Origin: a bacterium | GTDB lineage: Bacteria > UBA8248 | Assembly (NCBI GenBank): GCA_965261085.1 | Contig: OZ253442.1 | Coordinates: forward strand, 608,001 to 672,000 | DNA length: 64,000 bases | Direction: 5' to 3' | In this document: in pieces, positions 33,300 to 43,269 of the stretch | Position numbering within the stretch: position 1 is the first letter of the stretch | How the letters are laid out: every line of letters begins with the position of its first letter | Position numbers and translations under genes: made by a program | Notes under the pieces: generated by a model | Databases searched by the model: none | The model's input: only the letters and a program-made list of their open reading frames with translations | Told to the model about the DNA's origin: nothing

Positions 33300-34145
33300 A
33301 TGGAAACCACACCCGGAGCGACCATCTCCTCGAGCGTTCCCGAAACCGACACGAGCGAAGGCCCGTGCACGGTCGTGGCCGTCGTGAACCAGAAAGGCGG
33401 CGTCGGCAAGACGACGACGGCCGTCAACCTGGCGGCCTGCCTCGCGGTGGCGGATCAGCCGACTCTTCTGGTCGATATGGACCCTCAATCGAACGCGACA
33501 AGCAGTTTCGGTATATTTTCGCCTCCATCTTCGCTCTACAGAGCGCTCGTGCTGGGAGATTCGATTGATGATAATTCCTTGTATGATACTGAATTTATAG
33601 GATTAAGAATTTTAGCTTCTTCCATCGACCTGGCGGGCGCGGAGGTGGAAATCGCGGATTTGCCGCAAAGGGAGAGTCGCTTGCTGAACGTTATCGAGCC
33701 GCTCCGCAGCCGGTTCCGCTACATTCTCATCGACTGTCCGCCCTCTCTGGGTTTTCTCACCCTGAACGGCCTGCGGGCGGCGGATGAGGTGCTCATCCCC
33801 ATTCAGGCGGAGTATTTCGCGCTCGAGGGACTGGCCCGCTTGATGAAAACGGTGGAGCGGATACGCGGGAGCGTTCACCCCGATCTCAGGATAGGCGGAA
33901 TCCTGCTGACGATGTATGATTCGAGAACAAACCTTTCGCGTCAGGTGAACGAGGATTTGCGCTCCCATCTGCCGGAGTTGACCTACCGGGTCGTAATTCC
34001 CAGGAACGTGCGCCTCGCCGAGGCGCCGAGCCACGGGAAGCCGGTGATCACATACGACATCTCCTCGCCGGGCGCGCAGGCGTATCTCGCGCTGGCGAGC
34101 GAGTTCATCGCGCGCTCGAATGAAAGGATGAAAAACCAGACATGA
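33300..34145 (+). CDS. parA: Chromosome partitioning ATPase ParA/Soj
   Basis: NQKGGVGKTTT, DMDPQSN, IDCPPSLG, IPRNVRLAEAPSHG. Confidence 0.95.
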   Translation: METTPGATISSSVPETDTSEGPCTVVAVVNQKGGVGKTTTAVNLAACLAVADQPTLLVDMDPQSNATSSFGIFSPPSSLYRALVLGDSIDDNSLYDTEFIGLRILASSIDLAGAEVEIADLPQRESRLLNVIEPLRSRFRYILIDCPPSLGFLTLNGLRAADEVLIPIQAEYFALEGLARLMKTVERIRGSVHPDLRIGGILLTMYDSRTNLSRQVNEDLRSHLPELTYRVVIPRNVRLAEAPSHGKPVITYDISSPGAQAYLALASEFIARSNERMKNQT

Positions 34146-35067
34146 CGACGATAAGGAAAAAAGTGCTCGGACGGGGCCTGGACGCGCTCCTGGCCTCTCA
34201 TGAGGCGGAATATCTCGCACCGACGGTCCTGGATTCTCCGGGGGGCGCCGCCGATGATTCGGGGATTCTGATGCGGCTTTCTCCTGCTCGCCTCACCCCC
34301 GGCGTTCACCAGCCGCGCATGGATTTCGACGAGGAAGACCTGGCCGAACTGGCCGAATCCGTGAGGCGCCACGGCGTGATTCAGCCATTCTGGTGAGGCG
34401 CGCCGCGAGCGGGGGATACGAGATCGTGGCCGGGGAGCGGCGCTGGCGGGCCGCCCGCCTGGCGGAAGTCGATGAGGTTCCCGCCATTCTGATCGACGCC
34501 GGCGGAGATGAGGCGCTCGAGCTGGCCATCGTCGAGAACGTGCAGCGCGCAGACCTGAATCCCATGGAAGAGGCGGCCGCATACGCGAGCATGATGGAGC
34601 GCCTGGGCCTCACGCAGGAAGAGGTCGCCTCGCGCGTGGGCAAGGACCGCTCCACCATTGCGAACTACGTCCGCCTGCTCAATCTGCCTCCATCCGTTCA
34701 GGAGAGCGTGGCCGCAGGATTGTTGTCCATGGGGCACGCCAGGGCGCTGTTGTCCTTGCGCACCGAAGAGGAGATGACCGGCCACGGCCGGGCCGCCACC
34801 GAAAAAAGACTCTCCGTGCGCCAGCTCGAGACGCGCGTGAGGCGCGCGCTCGAGGGGGGAAGCAAGGAGAAGGACACCTTCCGGCGAGCCGCCCCACGGA
34901 GCGGGCCGACGGGGCCGCAGGCGCTTTATCTTCGCGAGGCGACCGAGCGGCTGAGAGGCGCATTGGGAACGAAAGTCGCAATTTCAGGCGATGAGGAGAG
35001 CGGAAAGATAGAAATCGAGTATTATACGAGGGAAACGCTCGAGGGATTGCTCCAGCGGCTTTGTTAG
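34142..35067 (+). CDS. parB: ParB/Spo0J with an apparent 1-nt frameshift at about 34385
   Basis: LGRGLDALL..QPRMDF..HGVIQP, then other frame ILVRR..YEIVAGERRWRAA..ENVQRADLNP; restoring one C in CAGCC(C)ATT joins the halves. Confidence 0.9.
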
Positions 35068-35106
35068 CTCTGGTTTTCCTGTCGGGAATCATGCGAGGGT
35101 CGATGG

Positions 35107-35529
35107 ATGGCGAAAAACTACGAGAAGAGCATTCGCGCCTTTCTGGGGGAAGGCACCGAATTCAAAGGCGTCATATCCTTCGAGGGCACCGTGCGCGTGG
35201 ACGGTGTTCTTGAGGGAGAGGTCATCACGGATGACACCTTCATCATCGGCACGGCGGCGCAGGTGAAGGCCTATGTCAAGGCCGGCGTCGTCATCGTGAT
35301 GGGCCGGATGGAGGGGAAAATAGAGGCGAAGGAAAAGTGTGAGGTGAGGGTCGGCTCCCACGTGAGCGGTGAAATTTTTACGCCGAGCATATACATCGAA
35401 GAAGGCGCCGTGTTCGAGGGCACCTGCCACATGACGGGCGATGGCGCAGGCGCCGTAACGAGCGCCGGGGAGGCCGCGGAAGAGGTTCCCGAGGAGAGCG
35501 AAACCTCGCCTGCTCCCGAGGCGGACTGA
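35107..35529 (+). CDS. Bactofilin (polymer-forming cytoskeletal protein)
   Basis: FLGEGTEFKG...VRVDG...IEEGAVFEGTCHM. Confidence 0.9.
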   Translation: MAKNYEKSIRAFLGEGTEFKGVISFEGTVRVDGVLEGEVITDDTFIIGTAAQVKAYVKAGVVIVMGRMEGKIEAKEKCEVRVGSHVSGEIFTPSIYIEEGAVFEGTCHMTGDGAGAVTSAGEAAEEVPEESETSPAPEAD

Positions 35530-35567
35530 CCCGGGCGGTTCGAAGCGATCAACAGAGGTAAACCCCG

Positions 35568-35837
35568 ATGGAAAATGGCCGCTCGATTCCGGGCATCGTG
35601 GCCGGTTTTCTTTTCTGGCTCGGGATCGCGTACTACTTTTATCAACGTGATTTTACGGGAGCGCTGTGGTTCGTCGCCGCCTGCGGGCTGTTGTACGGCG
35701 TCTGGCGCCTGTTCTTCTATCTTTTGGCCTCGCGCCCGAGACCCCCTCATATGCAGGATGAGGACGTCGACCCGCCCGCCCGCTCGGATCTGCCCGAATA
35801 TGATTTCAAAAACGTGAAGCCGGAGGATTTTGAATGA
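35568..35837 (+). CDS. Small two-TM hypothetical membrane protein
   Basis: GAGG RBS, two hydrophobic segments, acidic tail. Confidence 0.6.
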   Translation: MENGRSIPGIVAGFLFWLGIAYYFYQRDFTGALWFVAACGLLYGVWRLFFYLLASRPRPPHMQDEDVDPPARSDLPEYDFKNVKPEDFE

Positions 35838-35923
35838 TGCGATTCGAGAGTCGAATTTCCTCGTCCAAGCGAATCGGACTTCTGAAAAAACCTCCTAGTT
35901 TCGGAAGAAGAGTTGTCTATGAA

Positions 35924-36121
35924 ATCACTCCCCCCTCGAGGGGGAGTCGCAGAAGCCGAGACCTCGGGCGAAGGCTGATGCGGTGGGGGGGCATGTCTCC
36001 AGCAGTCCCTCCCTCTTTGGTCGGGATTGACCCCCCACCTGCGCGACTGCGGGCTTGCGCCCTTTTCTTGCCGACAATCCCTCATTCTTCAATCGGGCTT
36101 GACCCTCAAGGGGGGAGTGAT
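35924..36121. repeat. MITE/REP-like element with terminal inverted repeats
   Basis: ATCACTCCCCCCTCGAGGG ... CCCTCAAGGGGGGAGTGAT; partial copies near 27440, 32267 and 42377. Confidence 0.6.
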
Positions 36122-36179
36122 AAAAATTCTGAGGGCACCAATCCTTCCCCGTCTCCCCGGCATAAAACGTAAGGCCCAA

Positions 36180-36554
36180 ATGTCCCAGTTCGTCATATAC
36201 GCCCACAGCGGCGAGCCCGAGCGCATCCATCAGATAGCCACCATGGCGGCGAGCGCCGCCGCGAACGGGGATGAGGTGCACGTCATCCTGTTCTTCGGCG
36301 CGCTCAAGCGATTCGTGGATGACGATCTCGACGCCGCACTCCCGGCGCATGAGGGCGCGCGCGGCGCGCATTCGGCGGAGGAGCTCATCGAGGCCGCCAG
36401 AAGGCTCGGCAAGCTGAAGGTCTACGCCTGCGCCGCGCAGCCCAAGCTCCTGGGGCTGGCGCCCGAGGAGGTGGCGGATGTCGTGGATGAGATAATCAGC
36501 CTGCCCGAGTTCATGAGGAAAACACATGGGGCGGAGACGAAGCTCTTCATCTGA
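36180..36554 (+). CDS. DsrE/DsrF/DrsH-like protein
   Basis: AASAAANGDEVHVILFFGAL, KVYAC, VDEIISLPEFM...KLFI. Confidence 0.75.
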   Translation: MSQFVIYAHSGEPERIHQIATMAASAAANGDEVHVILFFGALKRFVDDDLDAALPAHEGARGAHSAEELIEAARRLGKLKVYACAAQPKLLGLAPEEVADVVDEIISLPEFMRKTHGAETKLFI

Positions 36555-36690
36555 GCCGCTTGTCCCATTTTCCAGCGCCGGTTTTCTCCTGGCCCCGATA
36601 ATGTGCTAGACATGATGACTCGTCGGCGTTTTATTGCGCCGAAACAAATGACGTTTTGATCTCGTTACCCGATCTCGACAGGAAATAGAC

Positions 36691-37551
36691 ATGAAATTTC
36701 TGGCGGCGGCGGCCCAGATAGGACCGAGGCTGGGCAATCTCGACGCAAATCGCGAATTGCTGGTCGATGAGGTGAAAAAAGCCGAGGAGGAGGGCGTCGA
36801 TCTCCTCGTCTTTCCCGAACTTTCGCTGACCGGCTATTTTTTGAAGGACATGGTTCCCGAGGTGGCCATCCGGCGCAATACCGGGCCCATGAAGGAAATC
36901 GCCGCCCTGAGCAAAAAAGTCTCCCTGGTGGTGGGCTTCGTGGAGGAATCCGGCAGGCACGGGTTTTTCAATTCCGCCGCCTATTTTGAAAATGGAGAGT
37001 TGGTCCACGTGCACCGCAAGGTGTATCTGCCGACATACGGGCTGTTCGATGAGAACCGCTATGTGGGCAAGGGAGACAAGGTGCGCGCCTTCGATACCCG
37101 CTTCGGGCGCGCGGCCATCCTCATCTGTGAGGACGCCTGGCACCCGAGCCTGGCCGGAATCGCCTCGCTCGACGGCGCTGATTTGCTCATCGTTCCCTCG
37201 GCGAGTCCCGCGCGCGGCGTGAGCAAGGCGAACGGCGAGGGCGGCCTCGCGATTCAGCGCGTCTGGAAATCACTCACGAGAACCTACGCCGCGTCCTACA
37301 ACCAGCACGTCATCTTCAGCAACCGGGTGGGATACGAGGACGGCATCAACTTTTGGGGAGGTTCGGAAATCCTGGCGCCAAGCGGAGAGCCGCTCGCCCA
37401 GGCGGAGCGAGCAAGCGAGCAATTACTCGTCTCCGAAGTGGACACGGCGAGCGTGCGGCGGGCGCGCATCGCGTCCCCCACGCTCAGGGATGAGGACTTA
37501 CACCTCACCCTGCGTGAGCTCCGCCGCATCCAGCGCTCGCGTGAGGGGTAG
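36691..37551 (+). CDS. Nitrilase-family C-N hydrolase, probable glutaminase subunit of a split NAD synthetase
   Basis: FPELSLTGY, HRKVYLPTYGLFDENRY, ICEDAWH (E-K-C triad). Confidence 0.85.
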   Translation: MKFLAAAAQIGPRLGNLDANRELLVDEVKKAEEEGVDLLVFPELSLTGYFLKDMVPEVAIRRNTGPMKEIAALSKKVSLVVGFVEESGRHGFFNSAAYFENGELVHVHRKVYLPTYGLFDENRYVGKGDKVRAFDTRFGRAAILICEDAWHPSLAGIASLDGADLLIVPSASPARGVSKANGEGGLAIQRVWKSLTRTYAASYNQHVIFSNRVGYEDGINFWGGSEILAPSGEPLAQAERASEQLLVSEVDTASVRRARIASPTLRDEDLHLTLRELRRIQRSREG

Positions 37552-37710
37552 CAGAGGCGGGAGGACACGCAGGTCCTCCCCTACGGGCTGGTTTCGTCCG
37601 TGAAACATCATTCCGGCGAATGCCGGATTTGGTATAGCCAAAATGTTATGCGGCAGGACAAAAAATGAAGTTTCAACTCCCATAGATTCTCTTCCCCACC
37701 GGAGATCGCC

Positions 37711-38607
37711 ATGAAACCATTTTTCAGAAAATCATGTTTCTTCGCGTTTGCCGCTTGCTTATTCTTCCAACTGGCGCTTGTGCAAATCGCGCAAGCCCAA
37801 ATCAAAACGACCCACGTTGCGGGGGCGGTGCACATGCTTACCGGCAGAGGGGGGAACATCGGCGTATCCGCAGGCGAAGACGGCATCTTGATGGTCGACG
37901 ATAAATTCGCCCCTTTGGCCCCCAAGATAAAAGCGGCGCTGGGGGGCCTCGGCGCAAAAAAACCTCTCGCATTCGTGGTCAATACGCATTGGCACGGCGA
38001 TCATACCGGGGCGAATGAGATATTCGGCAAAGATGCGTACATTATTTCGCACGCCAACGTCCGAAAACGCCTCGCCGTGACCAGCTACGTCCTGGGCCGG
38101 ACCGTCAAGCCCAAGGCGAAGGCGGGCCTCCCCGTCATCACGTATGAAGGGTCCATTTCCGTTCATTTCAACGGAGAGGAGATTCGCATCGTTCACTACC
38201 CGAACGGCCACACGGACGGCGACAGCGTGCTCTTTTTCCCGAAATCGAACGTCGTTCATACGGGGGATTTGTTCTTCTCGGGCCGATTTCCATTCGTGGA
38301 TTTAGGCAATGGGGGCAACGTGAAAGGCCTCACGAAAAACATCGCCAAACTCATCGGGCAGATACCGAAAGACGCCAAAATCATCCCCGGCCACGGCCCG
38401 CTCTCGGGAATCAAAGAGCTCAAGGCGTACCATGCGATGCTCGTCGATACGACCCGGATCGTGCGCGAACAGATGAAGGCGGGCAAAACCCTCGCCCAGA
38501 TTCAGGCGGCGGGATTGCCTCAAAAATACACAAGCTGGGGAACGGGGTTTATTTCGGCGAAACGCTGGGTCGGAACGGTTTTCAACGGCCTGGGCGGAAA
38601 AAAATAA
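37711..38607 (+). CDS. Exported MBL-fold metallohydrolase (cyclase-like)
   Basis: Signal peptide, NTHWHGDHTG, GHTDGD, HTGD, IIPGHG. Confidence 0.9.
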   Translation: MKPFFRKSCFFAFAACLFFQLALVQIAQAQIKTTHVAGAVHMLTGRGGNIGVSAGEDGILMVDDKFAPLAPKIKAALGGLGAKKPLAFVVNTHWHGDHTGANEIFGKDAYIISHANVRKRLAVTSYVLGRTVKPKAKAGLPVITYEGSISVHFNGEEIRIVHYPNGHTDGDSVLFFPKSNVVHTGDLFFSGRFPFVDLGNGGNVKGLTKNIAKLIGQIPKDAKIIPGHGPLSGIKELKAYHAMLVDTTRIVREQMKAGKTLAQIQAAGLPQKYTSWGTGFISAKRWVGTVFNGLGGKK

Positions 38608-38656
38608 ATTAGCGTTTCACGACGGGATAGTCGGACCCCGCGCCGCGTGGTCGCTT

Positions 38657-39106
38657 CTATCCGGTTCGTTCGATGAGTTCGCGCAAGGCCATGCGGCTTT
38701 CCGCTTGCCCGTCGATGAGTTCGCGCAAAGCGTCGCGGCTTTGCGAGAGCGTCGCCATGGCCTCATCGTGCCTGCGGATACCTTCTTCCTCTCTACGGAT
38801 CCCCTCTTCGTCCCTGCGCCGGATATCCTCCATGGCCTCTTCGTGCCTACGGATCCCCTCCTCCTCCCTGCGCCGGGAGTCCGACATGAACTCTTCGTGC
38901 CTGCGCTCGGATTCGGCCATCACCTCATCGTGCCTGCTATGTGAGGCCGTCATCGTTTCGGTGTGCTTGCTCTCGGAGTCCGCCGCCCGCATTTCCGCGC
39001 CCCTCGCCATCTCGCGAATTCCGTAGTAGAGCAGCCCCAGGCCGCCGAAGGAGGCGAGGAGGTTGAGATAGGCGGCGAAGAGACTCAAGGATTCGTATTT
39101 CGTCAT
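38657..39106 (-). CDS. Membrane-anchored coiled-coil protein with RHxExM repeats
   Basis: N-terminal TM segment then RHDEVM/RHEEFM/RHEEAM/RHDEAM; AGGAG RBS. Confidence 0.7.
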   Translation of the reverse strand: MTKYESLSLFAAYLNLLASFGGLGLLYYGIREMARGAEMRAADSESKHTETMTASHSRHDEVMAESERRHEEFMSDSRRREEEGIRRHEEAMEDIRRRDEEGIRREEEGIRRHDEAMATLSQSRDALRELIDGQAESRMALRELIERTG

Positions 39107-39225
39107 GTGCTTTCTCCTCGAGTCGGATCCTCCGGCGTCTTTGGGACAATAAAGAATATAAAGAGAGAATCTGCGTCTCGTCAAATCAATCCCGGGTGGA
39201 GGGGGAGGGGTTGACCACAAAACGC

Positions 39226-39378
39226 CGTCATTCCGGCGAATGCCGGAATCCAGCGCCTTTTGTTTTTTCGTTTTTCCGTCCTATCGTGTTTTATTACCAA
39301 ACACGCCTGATGAGGGAGAAAATACCGCAGTATAGGTGCTTTCGTCGGTTCTGGATTCCGGCATGCGCCGGAATGACG
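39226..39378. repeat. GTCATTCCGGC-type palindromic repeat pair
   Basis: CGTCATTCCGGCGAATGCCGGAATCCAG ... CTGGATTCCGGCATGCGCCGGAATGACG; relatives near 37608, 42273 and 32971. Confidence 0.7.
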
Positions 39379-39436
39379 ACACAAAAGAGAGAAACATAAA
39401 CCCTCCCTCCTCGGTCGGGTCAATTCCTTCTTCCTC

Positions 39437-39628
39437 GGGGTTGTTGAAAAAGCCTTTGTCAAGGGAGCAACCCCCCTGTCCCCCCTTGTCAGGGGGGTAA
39501 AGGCGATGCCCCCCGACGAGGGGGTGGAAGAAAAGCCCCCCTGACAAGGGGGGACAGGGGGGTTGCTTTTACCAGTCGAAAGGGGTGTCCCCTCTACTCT
39601 CTAAAAAGGGGTCTTTTTCAACAACCCC
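39437..39628. mobile_element. 192-bp MITE with 16-bp TIR and 5-bp target duplication
   Basis: GGGGTTGTTGAAAAAG / CTTTTTCAACAACCCC; TCCTC on both flanks; long internal inverted repeat. Confidence 0.75.
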
Positions 39629-39647
39629 TCCTCAGTCGGAATTGATC

Positions 39648-40427
39648 TCACGCGTCCCGCCATTCGGTTTTAGAGGGCAGCGCGCCGCCCCTGAAGTTGA
39701 ACAGCACGGCGGGGGCGTCGCTCGCGTTGTGCACCGAATGCCAGGCGCCGCCGGGCGTGTGCACCAGATCGCCTCGGGAGGCCTCTATCGTCTCGCCTTC
39801 GATGATGATGTTCATCCTCCCTTCCAATATGAGCGTTCCCTCGTCAATGGTTTCCTGATGGCGGTGGACGTGGGGTCTCGCGCCCGGGAGAAACGAGGCC
39901 ACCTGGCACTCGAGGTATTCCGTGGAGATGGCCTTCTGGAAGCCCTTTTGCTTCACGGATTCGGGGTCGAACGGGCTTATCAGCGAATCGACGTCGCCCT
40001 TGATGTAGGGGACGGGCGGGGCGAGTGGGTTTTGCACCGATTGCGGATCGGGATTGGGGGGCGGATCGCCCGGCGGCACGAGGAAGCCTGAGGGCATCCG
40101 GCCTCCCCGGAAGTTGAACTCTATCAATTCGTCTTGGCCGGTGTTCTTCATGTGGTGCATCGCGCCGCGCGGGTTTAAGAGCACGTTTCCCTTCCCGACT
40201 TCGAACGTAGTGCCGTCGTTGTGGATCAGTCCGCGCCCGCCATAGATGAGGTAGCCCTCGTCCATCTCCTCGTGATGCGCGTGATAGGGAGGATAGACCC
40301 CCGGCTGAAGCACGATGACCCGCACCTCGAGATTGGGCGTGTCGATGCAGATGGGTGAGCCTTTTTCGCGTGCTTCTTCCTCGTCGTAGACCCATTTGAC
40401 CTCTTCAATGTTCCCCACGTAAGGCAT
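39648..40427 (-). CDS. Bicupin protein
   Basis: Two cupin motifs HAHHEEMDE..GAMH and HRHQETIDE..GAWH; duplicated FNFRGG. Confidence 0.85.
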   Translation of the reverse strand: MPYVGNIEEVKWVYDEEEAREKGSPICIDTPNLEVRVIVLQPGVYPPYHAHHEEMDEGYLIYGGRGLIHNDGTTFEVGKGNVLLNPRGAMHHMKNTGQDELIEFNFRGGRMPSGFLVPPGDPPPNPDPQSVQNPLAPPVPYIKGDVDSLISPFDPESVKQKGFQKAISTEYLECQVASFLPGARPHVHRHQETIDEGTLILEGRMNIIIEGETIEASRGDLVHTPGGAWHSVHNASDAPAVLFNFRGGALPSKTEWRDA

Positions 40428-40553
40428 AAGAACTCCATATAATCGGTGGATGGATGAGAAAAGGGTATCCCCGGCGGCGTTGCGGAGCAAGTCGACCAAG
40501 GGCATGATAAAGACGAAAGGGCGCAAGAATATTTCTCATAGTGGAGATTCGGT

Positions 40554-41405
40554 TTGCTGGACGAAGGACTCATCCAAGGGGCGATGGCGGAACTGGAAAT
40601 CGACGGCGACCTCGCCGCCGGCCTGCTTTCCGGCTTCATTCGGGACGAGGTCTCGAAAGTGGGCGTGCAAAAACTGGTTCTGGGTCTTTCGGGCGGAATC
40701 GACAGCGCGCTTTCCGCCTTTCTGGCGGCGGCGGCCATGGGGGCCGAGAACGTGACGGGCGTCATCATGCCCTACCGCCTCTCGAACCCCCAGAGCGAGG
40801 CGGATGCGCGCGCCGTAGCGGCGGCCAGCGGCATCCACATCAAGGTGGTGGACATCTCGCCTCAGGTGGATGCCTATTACGAGCGCTTCCCCGATGCCGA
40901 CAACCTCCGCCGGGGCAACAAGATGGCCCGTGAGCGGATGACGATTCTCTACGATCATTCCGCCATGCTCGGCGCCCTGGTGGTGGGCACGAGCAACAAG
41001 ACGGAACTCCTGCTCGGCTACGGGACCCTGTTCGGCGACATGGCGAGCGCGGTGAACCCCATCGGCGATTTGTTCAAGACGCAGGTGCGCCAGCTCTCGC
41101 GCCACGTCGGCGTGCCCGCGCAGGTGGTGGAAAAGGCCCCGAGCGCGGATTTGTGGGTGGGCCAGACCGACGAGCAGGAACTCGGCTACACCTACGAGGT
41201 GGCCGACGCCGTCTTGTACCGGATGATCGACTGCCGCTACGCGCGCGAGGAGTTGCTCGGCGAGGGCTTCCCGCCCGAACTCGTGGACGGCATCCAGCGC
41301 CTGGTGCAGCGCAGCCAGTACAAAAGGCGCCTGCCTCTCATCGCCAAGCTCAGCCAGCGGACGATCGACCGCGATTTCCGCTACGCCCGAGATTGGGGAC
41401 TGTAA
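40554..41405 (+). CDS. nadE: NAD+ synthetase (synthetase domain only)
   Basis: [33 protein letters not shown]. Confidence 0.93.
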   Translation: MLDEGLIQGAMAELEIDGDLAAGLLSGFIRDEVSKVGVQKLVLGLSGGIDSALSAFLAAAAMGAENVTGVIMPYRLSNPQSEADARAVAAASGIHIKVVDISPQVDAYYERFPDADNLRRGNKMARERMTILYDHSAMLGALVVGTSNKTELLLGYGTLFGDMASAVNPIGDLFKTQVRQLSRHVGVPAQVVEKAPSADLWVGQTDEQELGYTYEVADAVLYRMIDCRYAREELLGEGFPPELVDGIQRLVQRSQYKRRLPLIAKLSQRTIDRDFRYARDWGL

Positions 41406-41546
41406 TCCCCGGCGCACTTGATTCGACCCCGAAACTATGTCAATATAGGTAATTGAAGGTCGATTACTCCTTGGATATTCTCATACATGCGGCTCGGGAC
41501 GCGTGATTTTTTTGATCTCTAGGACTGCAACGACAGGGGGGGCGAA

Positions 41547-42005
41547 ATGGCGGCACTGAGAGAAGGAGCGAAAGCCCCCGCCTTCGCTTTGAGAGACGGG
41601 AACGGCAAGGTGCATCGGCTCTCGAAATACAAGGGCCAGAAGGTCGTGCTCTACTTCTACCCGAAGGACAACACGCCCGGGTGCACGACGGAGGCGCGGG
41701 ACTTCAATAAACAACTGCAGAAGATACAGGGGAAAAACGCGACCGTCATCGGCGTCAGTCCCGATAACGAGGTCAGCCACAAGAAGTTCTCCGAGCAACT
41801 GGAACTGGACTTCACCCTGCTGGCGGACCCAGACGGCATGATCTCCTCGAGATACGGGGCCTACGGCGAGAAGACGATGTTCGGTGAAAAATTCAACGGC
41901 ATCTTCCGCACCACCTACATCATCGATGAGACGGGCGTCATCGAGAAGGTCTTCAAAGACGTCAAGGTGAACGGGCATACGAAAGACGTACTCAAAGCCC
42001 TTTAG
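41547..42005 (+). CDS. bcp: Peroxiredoxin Bcp/PrxQ
   Basis: LYFYPKDNTPGCTTEA. Confidence 0.92.
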   Translation: MAALREGAKAPAFALRDGNGKVHRLSKYKGQKVVLYFYPKDNTPGCTTEARDFNKQLQKIQGKNATVIGVSPDNEVSHKKFSEQLELDFTLLADPDGMISSRYGAYGEKTMFGEKFNGIFRTTYIIDETGVIEKVFKDVKVNGHTKDVLKAL

Positions 42006-42022
42006 GGAATCCTGCATCCCTT

Positions 42023-42058
42023 TCGCCTCGCTTCCTCCGGGAAGCGGGCGATTTTTTT
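42023..42058 (+). terminator. Rho-independent terminator after bcp
   Basis: CGCTTCC-TCCG-GGAAGCG stem followed by a T-run. Confidence 0.65.
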
Positions 42059-42102
42059 GCGCGGCGTCCTCCTGCGCGGCTCAAAGAGGTGGTGATGGGT
42101 TC

Positions 42103-42398
42103 GTAGGGGCGGCCCCGAGCAGGGACCGCCACCTCTTCCGTATTGGCCGACCGTAGGGACAACCCCCCGTGGGTTGTCCGCCCGCCCGAATGTTCGCCGT
42201 GGTGGTACGAGGACAGGCGCAGGCGCCTGTCCCTACGGCTGCACCCCACCTTGCCCGCGCCTCACCTTTTCCCGTCATTCCGGCGTATGCCGGAATGACG
42301 AACCAAAACCCTTCCCTCAGTTGCAAACCGCAGCCCCTCCTTCATCAGTCGCAGCCCCTCCTTCATCAGTCGGGGCTGACCCTCAAGGGGGGAGTAAT
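42103..42398. repeat. Mosaic of three REP-like families plus a 21-bp tandem duplication
   Basis: GTAG pairs, GTCATTCCGGC palindrome, (CGCAGCCCCTCCTTCATCAGT)x2 at 42329-42370, GACCCTCAAGGGGGGAGT. Confidence 0.65.
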
Positions 42399-42591
42399 TC
42401 GGGGCCCCTAGGGGCAATTCTTCCTTTCCAGTCGTGAATGACCCCAACCTCACCTACCCTTTTCCCGGATTCCCTGCTAAAAGACGCGGACATGAGGCCC
42501 GCGTGCGCATTGGGTGTTCTCACGGACGGCCCGCACGGAAGCGTCGGCGGGACGGAATTTTAATTTCTGATCATAAGAGGGGGCGCAAGAA

Positions 42592-43062
42592 ATGGCGATT
42601 CGGCCGAAAGAACTACCCGAAACCACGGAGAACTGGGCGGAAGCCGACTTCAAGGGCCATGCGAAGAGCATCGTCACCCTCATGCGCGGATACACCCTGG
42701 TGATGGACGAGCCCAAGCACCTGGGCGGCTCGGGCGAGGGGCCCTCGCCCATGGACTATCTCGTGACCTCGCTGGCGGGCTGCACGGCGGTGATTCTGGA
42801 AAGATGCGCCATGGCGGCGAAGCTCGATATTGGTTCTCTCAAGGTGAAATCCACCATCGTCTACAGCCCGAGGGGAATAGCGGGCCAGGAGGGTTACCAA
42901 TCGAACCCGAGCGAGGCGCATAGTGAAATCTGGATCGAGATAGAAGCGACGGAAGAGCAAGTAGAGGCGCTCAAGGCGGCGTATTTCCGCAGATGTCCGG
43001 TGTACAATTTGTACAAGGCCAGCGGGTGCGCCATGCGCGACACCTGGCATGTGAACGAATAG
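42592..43062 (+). CDS. OsmC/Ohr family protein
   Basis: DEPKHLGGSGEGPSPMD..SLAGC, RCPV. Confidence 0.85.
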   Translation: MAIRPKELPETTENWAEADFKGHAKSIVTLMRGYTLVMDEPKHLGGSGEGPSPMDYLVTSLAGCTAVILERCAMAAKLDIGSLKVKSTIVYSPRGIAGQEGYQSNPSEAHSEIWIEIEATEEQVEALKAAYFRRCPVYNLYKASGCAMRDTWHVNE

Positions 43063-43249
43063 GGTGAAACCCGACCGGAGAGGGGGGGGGGTGCCGACTG
43101 ACTCAGGAGAGGCTGCCCGACTGAGGAATGAGGGTTTGATCCGCGCATTTTCCCGCATTCGCCCTCATGGTGGGGCGCGGGCGTGTGGCAGTATCCACCC
43201 GCGAACCCGTGAATCGAGTCGAGACGGAATTGTTGAAAATATCGATAAA
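43016..43249 (+). repeat. 234-bp direct repeat, copy 1
   Basis: Matches 45481-45714 with 4 substitutions by manual comparison; includes the 3' end of the OsmC gene. Confidence 0.9.
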
Positions 43250-43269
43250 ATAGGGAATTATATACTAAG

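Noticed and set aside
34394-34396. TGA inside parB as a fourth selenocysteine codon
   Set aside because: The downstream ParB sequence is in a different frame and no Cys is expected there; it is a frameshift
27148-42398. CRISPR array
   Set aside because: Repeats are palindromic, degenerate and irregularly spaced; no cas genes
41547-43062. Sec in Bcp and OsmC (also checked the rhodanese and DsrE-like proteins)
   Set aside because: Active-site codons are ordinary Cys
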